DNA of 64,000 nt. It comes from Flavobacteriaceae bacterium. GTDB lineage: Bacteria; Bacteroidota; Bacteroidia; Flavobacteriales; Flavobacteriaceae. Below the pieces are notes generated by a model. The model had not been told where the DNA came from and did not search any database. It saw nothing but the letters and a program-made list of their open reading frames with translations. The stretch is taken from the NCBI GenBank assembly GCA_040830565.1, contig JBFOMC010000068.1, positions 610 through 64,609 on the forward strand. Direction: 5' to 3'. Every line of letters starts with the position of its first letter. Within the stretch, counting starts at the first letter, position 1. This document shows, in pieces, positions 9,337-18,377 of this stretch. Made by a program: the position numbers and the translations under genes.

Positions 9337-9585
9337 TTTTTCTGTTCTTTGTTCTCACTTAGATATATTTTCTTCCCCTCTATGGCCCCAGATTAATTGC
9401 TGTGATTTTCAGCAAACGGAAAGACCTCCTCCCCACTATGGTCAACTTTTGTTTCCTTCACTGAAATTTGGAAGAGAATGATAAATATTGGTTATCTTTT
9501 TGGTGCAGCTAATAGGAATTAACCTTGTCCACCAGGATAGTACTCTTGAAACTTGATTATTTTATAGAATAAGGATCTCAACGAA

Positions 9586-12132
9586 ATGGTACCTAAAAGT
9601 AGGTTTTTCTTTTTATTGATGTATGGCCTGATACTGCTCTCCGCCTGTGGCCCGGAAATGCCCGGCGAGGTTGCTGTTGCCTATGAGAAGCTTCCTGCCA
9701 AGATAGATTTTAACTTCCATGTTCGGCCAATTTTATCAGACCGATGTTTTCAATGCCATGGCCCCGATGATAAAGCTCGCAAGGCCGACTTGAGATTGGA
9801 TTTGGAGGAAGGTATTTTTGATCAACTCCAGGATAAAGAGCTTTTTCCGGTGATTCCGGGTGATCCGGATAAGAGCGAATTGATAAGACGCGTTTTGAAT
9901 GAGGACCTGGAAATAATGATGCCGACCCCAGAATCTAACTTAAGTTTGAGCGAAACGGAAAAGGCAATACTTGTGAAATGGGTGGAGCAGGGAGCAGAAT
10001 GGAAATCGCATTGGGCATTTGATGTTCCGGTTAAAGTTGAACTTCCAAAAGTAGAAGAAGTTACCTGGCCCAAAAATGAGATTGATTATTTTGTTTTGAA
10101 ACGCTTGGAATCCCTAAAACTCCAGCCATCACCAGAAGCTAAAAAAGAAACTTTAATAAGGCGCTTATCTTTTGACTTGACCGGTTTGCCACCAACCCTG
10201 GAAGAAGTAGCTTACTTTGTAAACAACACTTCAGATAATGCCTATGAAGAGCTTGTAGACCGTTTATTGGCAACTCCGGCTTATGCGGAAAGATGGGCTT
10301 GGGAGTGGTTAGATGTTTCCAGGTACTCTGATACTAATGGTTTTCAAGGCGACTTCACTCGAGATGCATGGCCGTGGCGAGATTGGGTAATCAATGCTTT
10401 TAGGGAGAATATGCCTTATGATCAGTTCACTATAAAACAGCTCGCGGGAGATCTTTTACCTGATGCTACAACAGACGATGTCCTGGCAACGGCTTTTAAT
10501 CGCAATCATACATATAATACCGAGGGAGGTACAATCCCCGAAGAAACAAGAGTTTCCAATGTCTTTGACCGCACCGAAACAACAGGCACCGTTTGGTTGG
10601 GCTTGACTCTAAACTGCGTGCGATGCCATGACCATAAGTTTGATGACATAGCCCAAAAGGAATACTATCAACTCTTCCATTATTTTAATCAAACCTCTGA
10701 AGAAGGTGGGGGCTGGGGAGGTAAACAAAAGCCTTTACTAACACTGGGAAGTCAGGACACGGTAGACATGATAAACCGGTTGGAAACCTACATCATTAGC
10801 TTGAAAGATGAAGTAGAAAAACTGGAATACGATAAGTTTCCCAGAGATTTAGGTTTGCCTGCATCTGAGTCTAAAGTAGCCAAAAATACTAAAGGCCTGG
10901 ATCCCAGAATACTGCTCAAGGAAGCAAAACTTAGAGGTACTGGTGAGTTTGGGCAACTGTTGAAATATTTCAGACCCACGGAAGATGTTTATGGAAGAAC
11001 GATAAAAAAACTACATAATGTGATGCTAGAGTACGACCGCATATCGGCTGCTAGCATTCAGGTAATGACCATGGACGAACTTGAGGTGCCGAGGCCCACC
11101 CATGTTCTGGAAAGAGGAACTTACAATAAACCTCTTTTGGAAGAGGTAATTAATCCGGGGGTTCCAAAAATATTACCCCCACTGGAAGCCGAGAATAATA
11201 ATAGGCTGGCCTTGGCCAGGTGGTTGGTATCAGAAGATCAGCCGCTCACCTCTCGGGTTACGGTAAACAGATATTGGCAGTCATTTTTTGGTAATGGTTT
11301 GGTAAAAACCGTTGAAGATTTCGGGGTCCAGGGAAGTTTACCCACTCACCCGCAATTACTGGATTGGCTGGCAAGAGATTTCCAGGAAAATGGATGGGAT
11401 TTAAGACATCTTTTCAAAAAAATTGTGATGAGCGCTACCTATAGACAATCATCAAAAGTCTCTGAAGAACTCCTGCAAATTGATCCGGAAAATGCACTCC
11501 TAGCAAGGGCTACCCGTATGAGACTTCCCTCTTGGATGCTTAGAGATCAGGCCTTGGCCATCAGTGGTCTTTTGGTTGATTCTTTGGGTGGAGAACCTGT
11601 TATGCCTTATCAACCAGATGGGGTTTGGTCTGAGGCTACTTTTGGAAAGATTAAATATAAGCAAGATAGGGGAGATGCTCTTTACAGAAAAACATTGTAT
11701 ACCTTTTGGCGAAGGATTGTGGGCCCGACTTTTCTTTTTGACAACGCTTCCAGGCAGGTATGTACCGTAAAGTCGTCAAACACGAATACCCCACTGCATG
11801 CATTGACAACCCTTAATGATGTTACCTATATGGAAGCGGCTAGGGTTATAGGAGAGCGTATGCTTACTCACACCTCAAATGATGAAGAAAGGATAAAATA
11901 CGGTTTCAGGTTGGCTACATCCAGGGCACCAGATAGTAGTGAACTGGAAATTCTTCAAAATCAGCTTAAGCAACTTAGACAACTTTATAGGTCCTCTCCG
12001 GAGGAAGCGCTTAAAGTTACAAGCATAGGTGACTTCAGAAAAAATAGCACTCTTGAATTAGCAGACCATGCCTCATATTCAGTACTCGGATCTTTGCTGC
12101 TAAATCTGGACGAAACAATTACCAGGCAGTAA
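9586..12132 (+). CDS. PSCyt1 / DUF1549 / DUF1553 (PSD1) domain lipoprotein of unknown function, with two CxxCH motifs
   Basis: 848 aa. Lipobox LLSAC. CFQCHGPDDKARKADLRLD (planctomycete cytochrome-c-like module, 9745..9759). NCVRCHDHKFD and the long DUF1549/DUF1553-like remainder (SRVTVNRYWQSFFGNGLVKT, FLFDNASRQVCTVK). Confidence 0.85.
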   Translation: MVPKSRFFFLLMYGLILLSACGPEMPGEVAVAYEKLPAKIDFNFHVRPILSDRCFQCHGPDDKARKADLRLDLEEGIFDQLQDKELFPVIPGDPDKSELIRRVLNEDLEIMMPTPESNLSLSETEKAILVKWVEQGAEWKSHWAFDVPVKVELPKVEEVTWPKNEIDYFVLKRLESLKLQPSPEAKKETLIRRLSFDLTGLPPTLEEVAYFVNNTSDNAYEELVDRLLATPAYAERWAWEWLDVSRYSDTNGFQGDFTRDAWPWRDWVINAFRENMPYDQFTIKQLAGDLLPDATTDDVLATAFNRNHTYNTEGGTIPEETRVSNVFDRTETTGTVWLGLTLNCVRCHDHKFDDIAQKEYYQLFHYFNQTSEEGGGWGGKQKPLLTLGSQDTVDMINRLETYIISLKDEVEKLEYDKFPRDLGLPASESKVAKNTKGLDPRILLKEAKLRGTGEFGQLLKYFRPTEDVYGRTIKKLHNVMLEYDRISAASIQVMTMDELEVPRPTHVLERGTYNKPLLEEVINPGVPKILPPLEAENNNRLALARWLVSEDQPLTSRVTVNRYWQSFFGNGLVKTVEDFGVQGSLPTHPQLLDWLARDFQENGWDLRHLFKKIVMSATYRQSSKVSEELLQIDPENALLARATRMRLPSWMLRDQALAISGLLVDSLGGEPVMPYQPDGVWSEATFGKIKYKQDRGDALYRKTLYTFWRRIVGPTFLFDNASRQVCTVKSSNTNTPLHALTTLNDVTYMEAARVIGERMLTHTSNDEERIKYGFRLATSRAPDSSELEILQNQLKQLRQLYRSSPEEALKVTSIGDFRKNSTLELADHASYSVLGSLLLNLDETITRQ

Positions 12133-13619
12133 TGAATAAAAGAGAATTACATCCTTTTGAAGAATATCAGGCCGGAATGACCAGGCGAAGTTTCTTTGGA
12201 AAAATGGCTCAGGGAATAGGTATAACAGCCTTGGGAAGCATGTTGAATCCATATCTTCTTTCCGGAGCTGGCGTTGATATACAAAACGGCGGCCCAAATA
12301 TGGGTTTTAGACTCCCTCATTTTACCCCCAGGGCAAAGCGGGTCATTTATCTATTTCAGAATGGAGCCCCTTCACATGTAGATCTTTTCGACTATAAACC
12401 AATGTTAAGAAAATGGCATGGGAGGCAAATTCCGGATGAGCTTACTGCTGGGAAACGCTTTTCTACCATGACAGGAGAGCAGGCAGAACGTCCTGTAATA
12501 GGTGAGATAAGTAATTTTTCGCAACACGGACAAAGTGGGGCCTGGGTATCCGATTTTATGCCAGAGACGGCCAAAGTGGCCGATGAGCTTTGTTTTATCA
12601 AGTCTATGTATACTGAGTCGGTTAACCATGCTCCGGCAATTACCTTTTTCCTTACGGGTTCTGAGCAGCCTGGAAGACCCAGTATGGGCTCCTGGCTTAC
12701 CTACGGCCTCGGATCTGTGGCCAAAGACCTTCCAGACTTTGTGGCCATGACATCACGGGATAAAGAAGCAAGTTGTGGTCAGATTTTCTATGATTATTAT
12801 TGGGGAAGTGGCTTCCTACCTACCAAATTTCAGGGGGTCAAATTTCGAGGCGGAGGAGATCCGGTCCTTTATTTAAAAAATCCGGATGGAATAAGCAGAA
12901 AAATAAGACGGCAGATCCTGGATGACATGCGGGCTCTTAATGAAATGAATTATAACGATTTTGGAGATCCGGAAATTAAGACACGTATAGCCCAGTATGA
13001 AATGGCTTATAAAATGCAAATTAGTGTGCCAGAACTTACAGACTTCTCAGATGAACCCCAGTATATCCTGGATATGTACGGTCCTGATGTGAACAGAAAA
13101 GGGAGTTTTGCATACAATTGCTTAATGGCTAGAAGATTGGCAGAAAGAGATGTCAGGTTTGTGCAATGCATGCATGCCGGATGGGATCAGCACACCAACC
13201 TTAATCATCAATTAAAAATACAATGCCAGGATACAGATCAACCAAGCGCAGCCCTCATTAAAGATCTCAAGCAGAGAGGAATGTTAGAGGATACCTTGGT
13301 TATTTGGGGGGGAGAATTTGGGAGAACCCCTTTCCTACAGGGGAACATTAAGGATTACAACAATTGGGGAAGAGATCATCATCCCTATGTGTTTACGCTA
13401 TGGATGGCCGGAGCAGGTGTAAAAGCAGGATTGACCTACGGCGCTTCGGATGAGTTTGGTTTTAACCCCGTCGAGAATAAGGTTCATGTGCATGATTTTC
13501 AGGCTACTATAATGCATCTATTGGGGATAGACCATGAGAGATTTACTTTCAGACATCAAGGAAGACGGTACCGACTTACGGATGTGCATGGCAATGTGGT
13601 GAACAGTGTGTTAAGCTAA
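12132..13619 (+). CDS. DUF1501 domain protein (alkaline-phosphatase/sulfatase-fold) with a Tat-type signal
   Basis: 495 aa. TRRSFFGKMAQGIGITALGS twin-arginine leader, YLFQNGAPSHVDLFDYKP, WGGEFGRTP, GRDHHP blocks typical of DUF1501. Its start overlaps the upstream stop (TAATG at 12130..12134). Confidence 0.85.
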   Translation: MNKRELHPFEEYQAGMTRRSFFGKMAQGIGITALGSMLNPYLLSGAGVDIQNGGPNMGFRLPHFTPRAKRVIYLFQNGAPSHVDLFDYKPMLRKWHGRQIPDELTAGKRFSTMTGEQAERPVIGEISNFSQHGQSGAWVSDFMPETAKVADELCFIKSMYTESVNHAPAITFFLTGSEQPGRPSMGSWLTYGLGSVAKDLPDFVAMTSRDKEASCGQIFYDYYWGSGFLPTKFQGVKFRGGGDPVLYLKNPDGISRKIRRQILDDMRALNEMNYNDFGDPEIKTRIAQYEMAYKMQISVPELTDFSDEPQYILDMYGPDVNRKGSFAYNCLMARRLAERDVRFVQCMHAGWDQHTNLNHQLKIQCQDTDQPSAALIKDLKQRGMLEDTLVIWGGEFGRTPFLQGNIKDYNNWGRDHHPYVFTLWMAGAGVKAGLTYGASDEFGFNPVENKVHVHDFQATIMHLLGIDHERFTFRHQGRRYRLTDVHGNVVNSVLS

Positions 13620-13845
13620 ACATTCTGAAGTACACTAAAAGTTAGTTCACTGGATATGCCCGGGCATAGGTACCCTAGGTGCCTCAAACCAGACGCTAGA
13701 AATACAACAGCCACAAATTTATAAGGCTGCAGTATTGTTTGCGCTAATTTGACTAACTTAGAGTGCCTCTGCCTACAGAGTTTACCCCAAGTTGAACCAG
13801 ATCTGATCCTATTTTTAGTCAAAAACTGTAAAAGAAATAAGTAGC

Positions 13846-14733
13846 ATGAAGTTACAGTTAAAAACCGTTGAGGAAAGTACCCTTAGTTCTATCTATGTGA
13901 AAAGAATGCTTAAGCCGCATCTTGGTGGTGACTGGCATTTTCACAAAGAGTTTGAGCTAATTTATTTTCTTAAAGGGCAAGGGATGAGAATAGTTGGGGA
14001 TCATATTTCCAATTTTCAGAAAGGCGAGTTGGTTTTGGTTGGCGAATGGCTACCGCATTTGTGGAGAAATGATGCGAGTACTTCACGGGAGACAGGGGCA
14101 GACTTTATTGTGGTTAAATTTACCAAGTCCCTATATGGCGTAGACCTGTTTTCAATTCCAGAACTTACACGGATTAAAAGTCTCCTGACCCAATCAGACA
14201 GAGGAGTGCTTTTTTCAGCTCCCACCCGTAGTAAGGTACACGGTCTGTTGCTAGAGCTATGTTCAAGTGAAGCCTCTGAAAAACTAATCATATTTTTGAA
14301 AATACTTCAGATATTGGCCGGAGATAAAAATAGCAAGAAACTTTCTCAGGAAAAATTCTCGCTTTCCAAAGAAGAACATGGGGGCAACAGATTACACAAG
14401 GTTATAAATTACATATCTGCTAATTATGCCCGAAATATCACCTTGGAAGAAATTTCGGGAATCGCGGTAATGACACCACCGTCGTTTTGCCGATATTTTA
14501 AAACACGCACAAACAAGACATTTTCGTTGTTTTTAAACGAGGTTAGAATTAGTAAAGCCTGTCAACTTCTTATAAACGGAGAAACGTCCATTAAACAAAT
14601 TTGCTATGAAGTAGGCTTTAGTTCGCTGACGAACTTTAACAGGACATTTAAGAATTTTAAAGGCACCTCGCCTAGTCAGTTCAGAGCAAGATATGGTGAA
14701 TTTAGAAAGCAAAATGCCGAGTTGATATCGTAG
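13846..14733 (+). CDS. AraC family transcriptional regulator (cupin-like sensor + HTH)
   Basis: 295 aa. WHFHKEFELIYF cupin block. C-terminal AraC HTH (ITLEEISGIAVMTPPSFCRYFK ... SIKQICYEVGFSSLTNFNRTFKNFKGTSP). Confidence 0.9.
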   Translation: MKLQLKTVEESTLSSIYVKRMLKPHLGGDWHFHKEFELIYFLKGQGMRIVGDHISNFQKGELVLVGEWLPHLWRNDASTSRETGADFIVVKFTKSLYGVDLFSIPELTRIKSLLTQSDRGVLFSAPTRSKVHGLLLELCSSEASEKLIIFLKILQILAGDKNSKKLSQEKFSLSKEEHGGNRLHKVINYISANYARNITLEEISGIAVMTPPSFCRYFKTRTNKTFSLFLNEVRISKACQLLINGETSIKQICYEVGFSSLTNFNRTFKNFKGTSPSQFRARYGEFRKQNAELIS

Positions 14734-14924
14734 TCAGATGCCGGGGTCGCTAAGACTTGTGGATGCTGGCCTGCGGGATTATTAACCCGTCAAAGGTATT
14801 CTTTAATTTAGGACAACAGTTGAAAGTTAAAATAGGGGCAATTCTGGATAATCAACAACCGATATAATACATAGGCTTTTCTAAATTTAATCTTCAATAA
14901 ACGCGTAACGAAAATAATGGCCGA

Positions 14925-16064
14925 ATGAAAATCACTCATGTAGAAACCTTTATTCTATCAGATAAGCTTGAGAAAAGTTTCTTTTTTTCACAATGGACCT
15001 ACGAGGAACGCCGAATATGCATTGTTAAGATAACCACAGACGAAGGGATTGTTGGCTGGGGAGAGGGTTATGGCCCGGCGGAAGTAATAAGGGCTGGTAT
15101 TAAATTAGTGACACCCTTGTTGATAGGAAAGAGTCCTTTGGAAAACGAAAGGCTTTGGTTTCAGATGTACCATAGAACTTTGGATTTTTCCAGAAAAGGC
15201 GTGTTGGCCGCCTCAATTAGTGCAATAGATGTTGCCTTATGGGATATTAAAGGAAAGGTCTTGAATCAGTCTGTAAGTGTCCTCCTTGGAGGGAGGCATA
15301 GAGAAGATATCGTCCCATATGCCACAGGATTGTATTTTTCTAAAAGCGAAACCCTCAAGGAGGACCTAGTAGATGAAGCTACAAAATATGTGAAACAGGG
15401 CTTCAAGGCAATTAAAATGAAGGTTGGATATGCTATAAAAAAGGATATTGAACACGTAAAAGCCGTCAGGAACGCCATAGGTCCGGATGTACAGCTTATG
15501 ATAGACGCCAATCATGCTTATTCCTTAAGGGAGGCCACCAAATTGGCTAAAGCCATAGAACCGTTTGATATCGGCTGGTTTGAAGAACCGGTGTCTCCGG
15601 AGTTCTATCATCAGTATCGGGAATTACGGAGTAAAACCACTATACCAATTGCAGGTGGGGAGTGCGAGTATCTGCGTTATGGGTTTCAACAATTGCTTCA
15701 AAATGACAGTGTTGACATACTACAGGTAGACATTTGTGGAGCCGGAGGAATAACCGAAGCAAAACGCATAGCCTCCTTGGCGAGTACCAAGGGAGTAGAA
15801 GTTATTCCACATGTTTGGGGAACTGGTATAGCCTTTCATGCAGCCTTACATTATATCGCGAATTTGGAACCTATTCCGGGCCGGATGCACCCGCCCGATT
15901 TTTATATTGAATATGATAGAACTGAAAACGGCATTCGCGAATCTTTGACCTTTCCAGCTGTTGAGATGAAAGACGGTCGTATTAAAGTACCACAAAGCCC
16001 GGGACTGGGGATTGAAGTAGATGAAGAAGCTATTCACCGTTTTTCTACGGAGGTCCTAGTTTAA
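14925..16064 (+). CDS. enolase-superfamily enzyme (mandelate racemase/muconate lactonizing type); candidate 3,6-anhydro-galactonate cycloisomerase (DauB-like)
   Basis: 379 aa. IVGWGEGYG, ALWDIKGK, KAIKMKVG, MIDANHAY, WFEEP, AGGE metal/acid-base blocks. Sits in a cluster with an aldehyde dehydrogenase, aldolase and kinase. Confidence 0.8.
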   Translation: MKITHVETFILSDKLEKSFFFSQWTYEERRICIVKITTDEGIVGWGEGYGPAEVIRAGIKLVTPLLIGKSPLENERLWFQMYHRTLDFSRKGVLAASISAIDVALWDIKGKVLNQSVSVLLGGRHREDIVPYATGLYFSKSETLKEDLVDEATKYVKQGFKAIKMKVGYAIKKDIEHVKAVRNAIGPDVQLMIDANHAYSLREATKLAKAIEPFDIGWFEEPVSPEFYHQYRELRSKTTIPIAGGECEYLRYGFQQLLQNDSVDILQVDICGAGGITEAKRIASLASTKGVEVIPHVWGTGIAFHAALHYIANLEPIPGRMHPPDFYIEYDRTENGIRESLTFPAVEMKDGRIKVPQSPGLGIEVDEEAIHRFSTEVLV

Positions 16065-16084
16065 CCTCTAAAATTAGAATCTCA

Positions 16085-17521
16085 ATGGATTTTGGATACC
16101 ACAAGTTATATATCGGAGGTCAGCTGCTCGATGCAAGTAGCAAAAAGCGACATGCCGTGATTTGCCCTGCGACGGAAGAGAAAGTTGCCGAAATTGCCTG
16201 GGCTGGGAGGGAAGATGCCCTTTTGGCTTTGGATGCAGCTAAGAAGGGTTTTGAGTATTGGTCCAAACTATCTTTGGCAGAGCGCACCGCGTGGATGTTC
16301 AAATTACGCACTGCGGTTTTGGAAAAAGAGCATCAGCTTAGATCCGCCATGGTATACGAAATGGGAAAAACTTATGCCGGGGCTTGGGAAGACATAGAGG
16401 CGGTAATCAATGCTTTGGAATGGTACCCGGGAGCTATGAAGAATTTAAGGGAAGAACAGATTCCTGATTACGAAAACACTCATACTCATAAAATGATTCA
16501 GCAAGCCGCAGGGGTAGCCGTGGCCTATTTGGCCTGGAATTTTCCCTTGCTCAATGTCGGATTTAAACTTGGCCCCGCCCTCGCTTCAGGTTGTTCCATC
16601 ATCATTAAGCCTTCAGAGTTATCTCCCCTATCTGCCTATATGATAGGACAAATTTTACACGATATTGATTTTCCTGCTGGAGTAGTTAATATTATGTGTG
16701 GGCCAAGTAGCGAGGTGGCAACAACCATGACTCAAAGTAAGATCCCTGCGGTGTTAACCATGATAGGATCTACGGCTACTGGGAAAAAGGTAATTGCAGA
16801 AAGCACTACATCGATAAAAAAGCTGGGTATGGAATTGGGAGGTAATGCGCCTTTCATAGTATTTGAAGATGCAGATTTTGATACTGCTTTGAATTTAGCT
16901 ATTGCGCTTAAATATGGTAATTCAGGACAGGTTTGTGTAGCCGCCAACAGAATTTTTGTGCATCGGAGTATTTACGATAGATTCTTGGAGGCCTTTGTTA
17001 CAAAAGCTTCAGAATTGAAATTAGGTCATGGCATGGAGGAAGGTGTAGATATGGGTCCCATGGTTTCCAAGAAGGACCGAGACCGAATGTTTGATCTAAT
17101 CGAAGATGCTGTTAGCAAGGGGGCAAAATTAGAGTATGGAGGTAAAATTCCCGAAGGTAAAGACAAAGGATATTGGATAGAACCTACCGTCCTTTCGGGA
17201 ATGACTCAGGATATGGAGGTGTTTAGAAAAGAAACATTTGGTGCCTTGGGATCTTTAATGCCTTTTGAAACTGATGAAGAGGTATTGGGCCTTGCCAATG
17301 ACACAGAATATGGTTTGGCCTCTTACATATTTACGAACGACCATAAACGTATTCAACGGTTCACTGAGGAGCTCCAATTTGGCGAAATTCAGGTTAACGG
17401 AGTTAAATATGCAATTTATTTACCTCATGGGGGAATTAAAAACAGTGGCATAGGCCACGATTGCTCTCATCTGGCTCTGGAAGATTACCTGGTCAAGAAA
17501 AGAGTTTCAATTGCAAACTAA
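16085..17521 (+). CDS. NAD(P)+ aldehyde dehydrogenase; candidate 3,6-anhydro-D-galactose dehydrogenase (DauA-like)
   Basis: 478 aa. [15 protein letters not shown] (catalytic Glu block), GQVCVAANRIFV (catalytic Cys), EETFGA. Confidence 0.85.
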   Translation: MDFGYHKLYIGGQLLDASSKKRHAVICPATEEKVAEIAWAGREDALLALDAAKKGFEYWSKLSLAERTAWMFKLRTAVLEKEHQLRSAMVYEMGKTYAGAWEDIEAVINALEWYPGAMKNLREEQIPDYENTHTHKMIQQAAGVAVAYLAWNFPLLNVGFKLGPALASGCSIIIKPSELSPLSAYMIGQILHDIDFPAGVVNIMCGPSSEVATTMTQSKIPAVLTMIGSTATGKKVIAESTTSIKKLGMELGGNAPFIVFEDADFDTALNLAIALKYGNSGQVCVAANRIFVHRSIYDRFLEAFVTKASELKLGHGMEEGVDMGPMVSKKDRDRMFDLIEDAVSKGAKLEYGGKIPEGKDKGYWIEPTVLSGMTQDMEVFRKETFGALGSLMPFETDEEVLGLANDTEYGLASYIFTNDHKRIQRFTEELQFGEIQVNGVKYAIYLPHGGIKNSGIGHDCSHLALEDYLVKKRVSIAN

Positions 17522-17655
17522 ATCATGAAAATAGCCGTCCAAAGAAGTTTTTCAATTAAACATTTATTACATTTTTCTAACAGAATGTGATACACATTTA
17601 GTTCCGTGGTATGCGAATAGGACTTACTTTTATACTTGAAATTTAATCATCCAAA

Positions 17656-18330
17656 ATGACAGCAGATAACCAACATGCAATGTCCGCTAGTTTAACCAGG
17701 AAAATTGATGATAGCGGAGTAATAGCGGTATTAATAATAGATGAAGTTAAACATGCAGTGCCTATGGCCAGGGCCTTATTACAAGGAGGTGTAGACGCTA
17801 TCGAGCTTACCCTAAGAACCCCTGCGGCCATGGATGCTGCCAAGGCCATTAAAAATGAGGTGCCAGAAATAACACTCGGGTTTGGTACAGTGCTAACTCC
17901 AGATCAGGTGAAAGCTGTTGTAGATGTGGGCGCCGATTTTGCCGTCTCTCCCGGTTGCAATCCAAAGATAATTGCCGAGGCACGCAAACACGGATTATCT
18001 TTCGCCCCGGGCATTATGACCCCGACCGATATTGAAATGGCCATAGAGCAGGAATGCCGTATTTTGAAGTTTTTTCCGGCCGCTACCTCCGGAGGAATAA
18101 AACACCTGGAGAGCATGGCTGCTCCCTATCAGCATTTAGGCTTAAAATTCATTCCGCTTGGCGGATGTAATATTGATAACGCAAGTTCCTATCTTCAATC
18201 TCCATTAATCACTGCAATCGGCGGTACCTGGGTAGCAAAACGCCCATTGATTCAATCTGAAAATTGGGAACAGATAACTAAGAATGCTCAAGAAATAAGA
18301 AGTCTTATTAAGAAAATCAGATCAAATTAA
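17656..18330 (+). CDS. 2-dehydro-3-deoxy-6-phosphogluconate/galactonate aldolase (Eda/DgoA family)
   Basis: 224 aa. IELTLRTP, GFGTVL, SPG, PGIMTPTD, KFFPA (Schiff-base Lys block), GGTW. Confidence 0.88.
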   Translation: MTADNQHAMSASLTRKIDDSGVIAVLIIDEVKHAVPMARALLQGGVDAIELTLRTPAAMDAAKAIKNEVPEITLGFGTVLTPDQVKAVVDVGADFAVSPGCNPKIIAEARKHGLSFAPGIMTPTDIEMAIEQECRILKFFPAATSGGIKHLESMAAPYQHLGLKFIPLGGCNIDNASSYLQSPLITAIGGTWVAKRPLIQSENWEQITKNAQEIRSLIKKIRSN

Positions 18331-18339
18331 TAATCTTAA

Positions 18340-18359
18340 AGCAAGTGTCTTCACTTGCT
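18340..18359 (+). other. small intergenic RNA hairpin between the aldolase and kinase genes
   Basis: AGCAAGTG-TCTT-CACTTGCT gives an 8-bp stem and 4-nt loop. No following T-run, so it is not a clear terminator. Confidence 0.3.
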
Positions 18360-18377
18360 GCATGAAAACAATACTAT

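Noticed and set aside
13616-13822. 68-aa minus-strand ORF filling the spacer between DUF1501 and the second AraC gene. The spacer also contains the palindrome TATGCCCGGGCATA (13655..13668).
   Set aside because: The ORF has no motifs, signal or RBS context. The palindrome has no loop and no T-run, so it is not a convincing terminator. It could be a protein-binding site, but I have no support for that.
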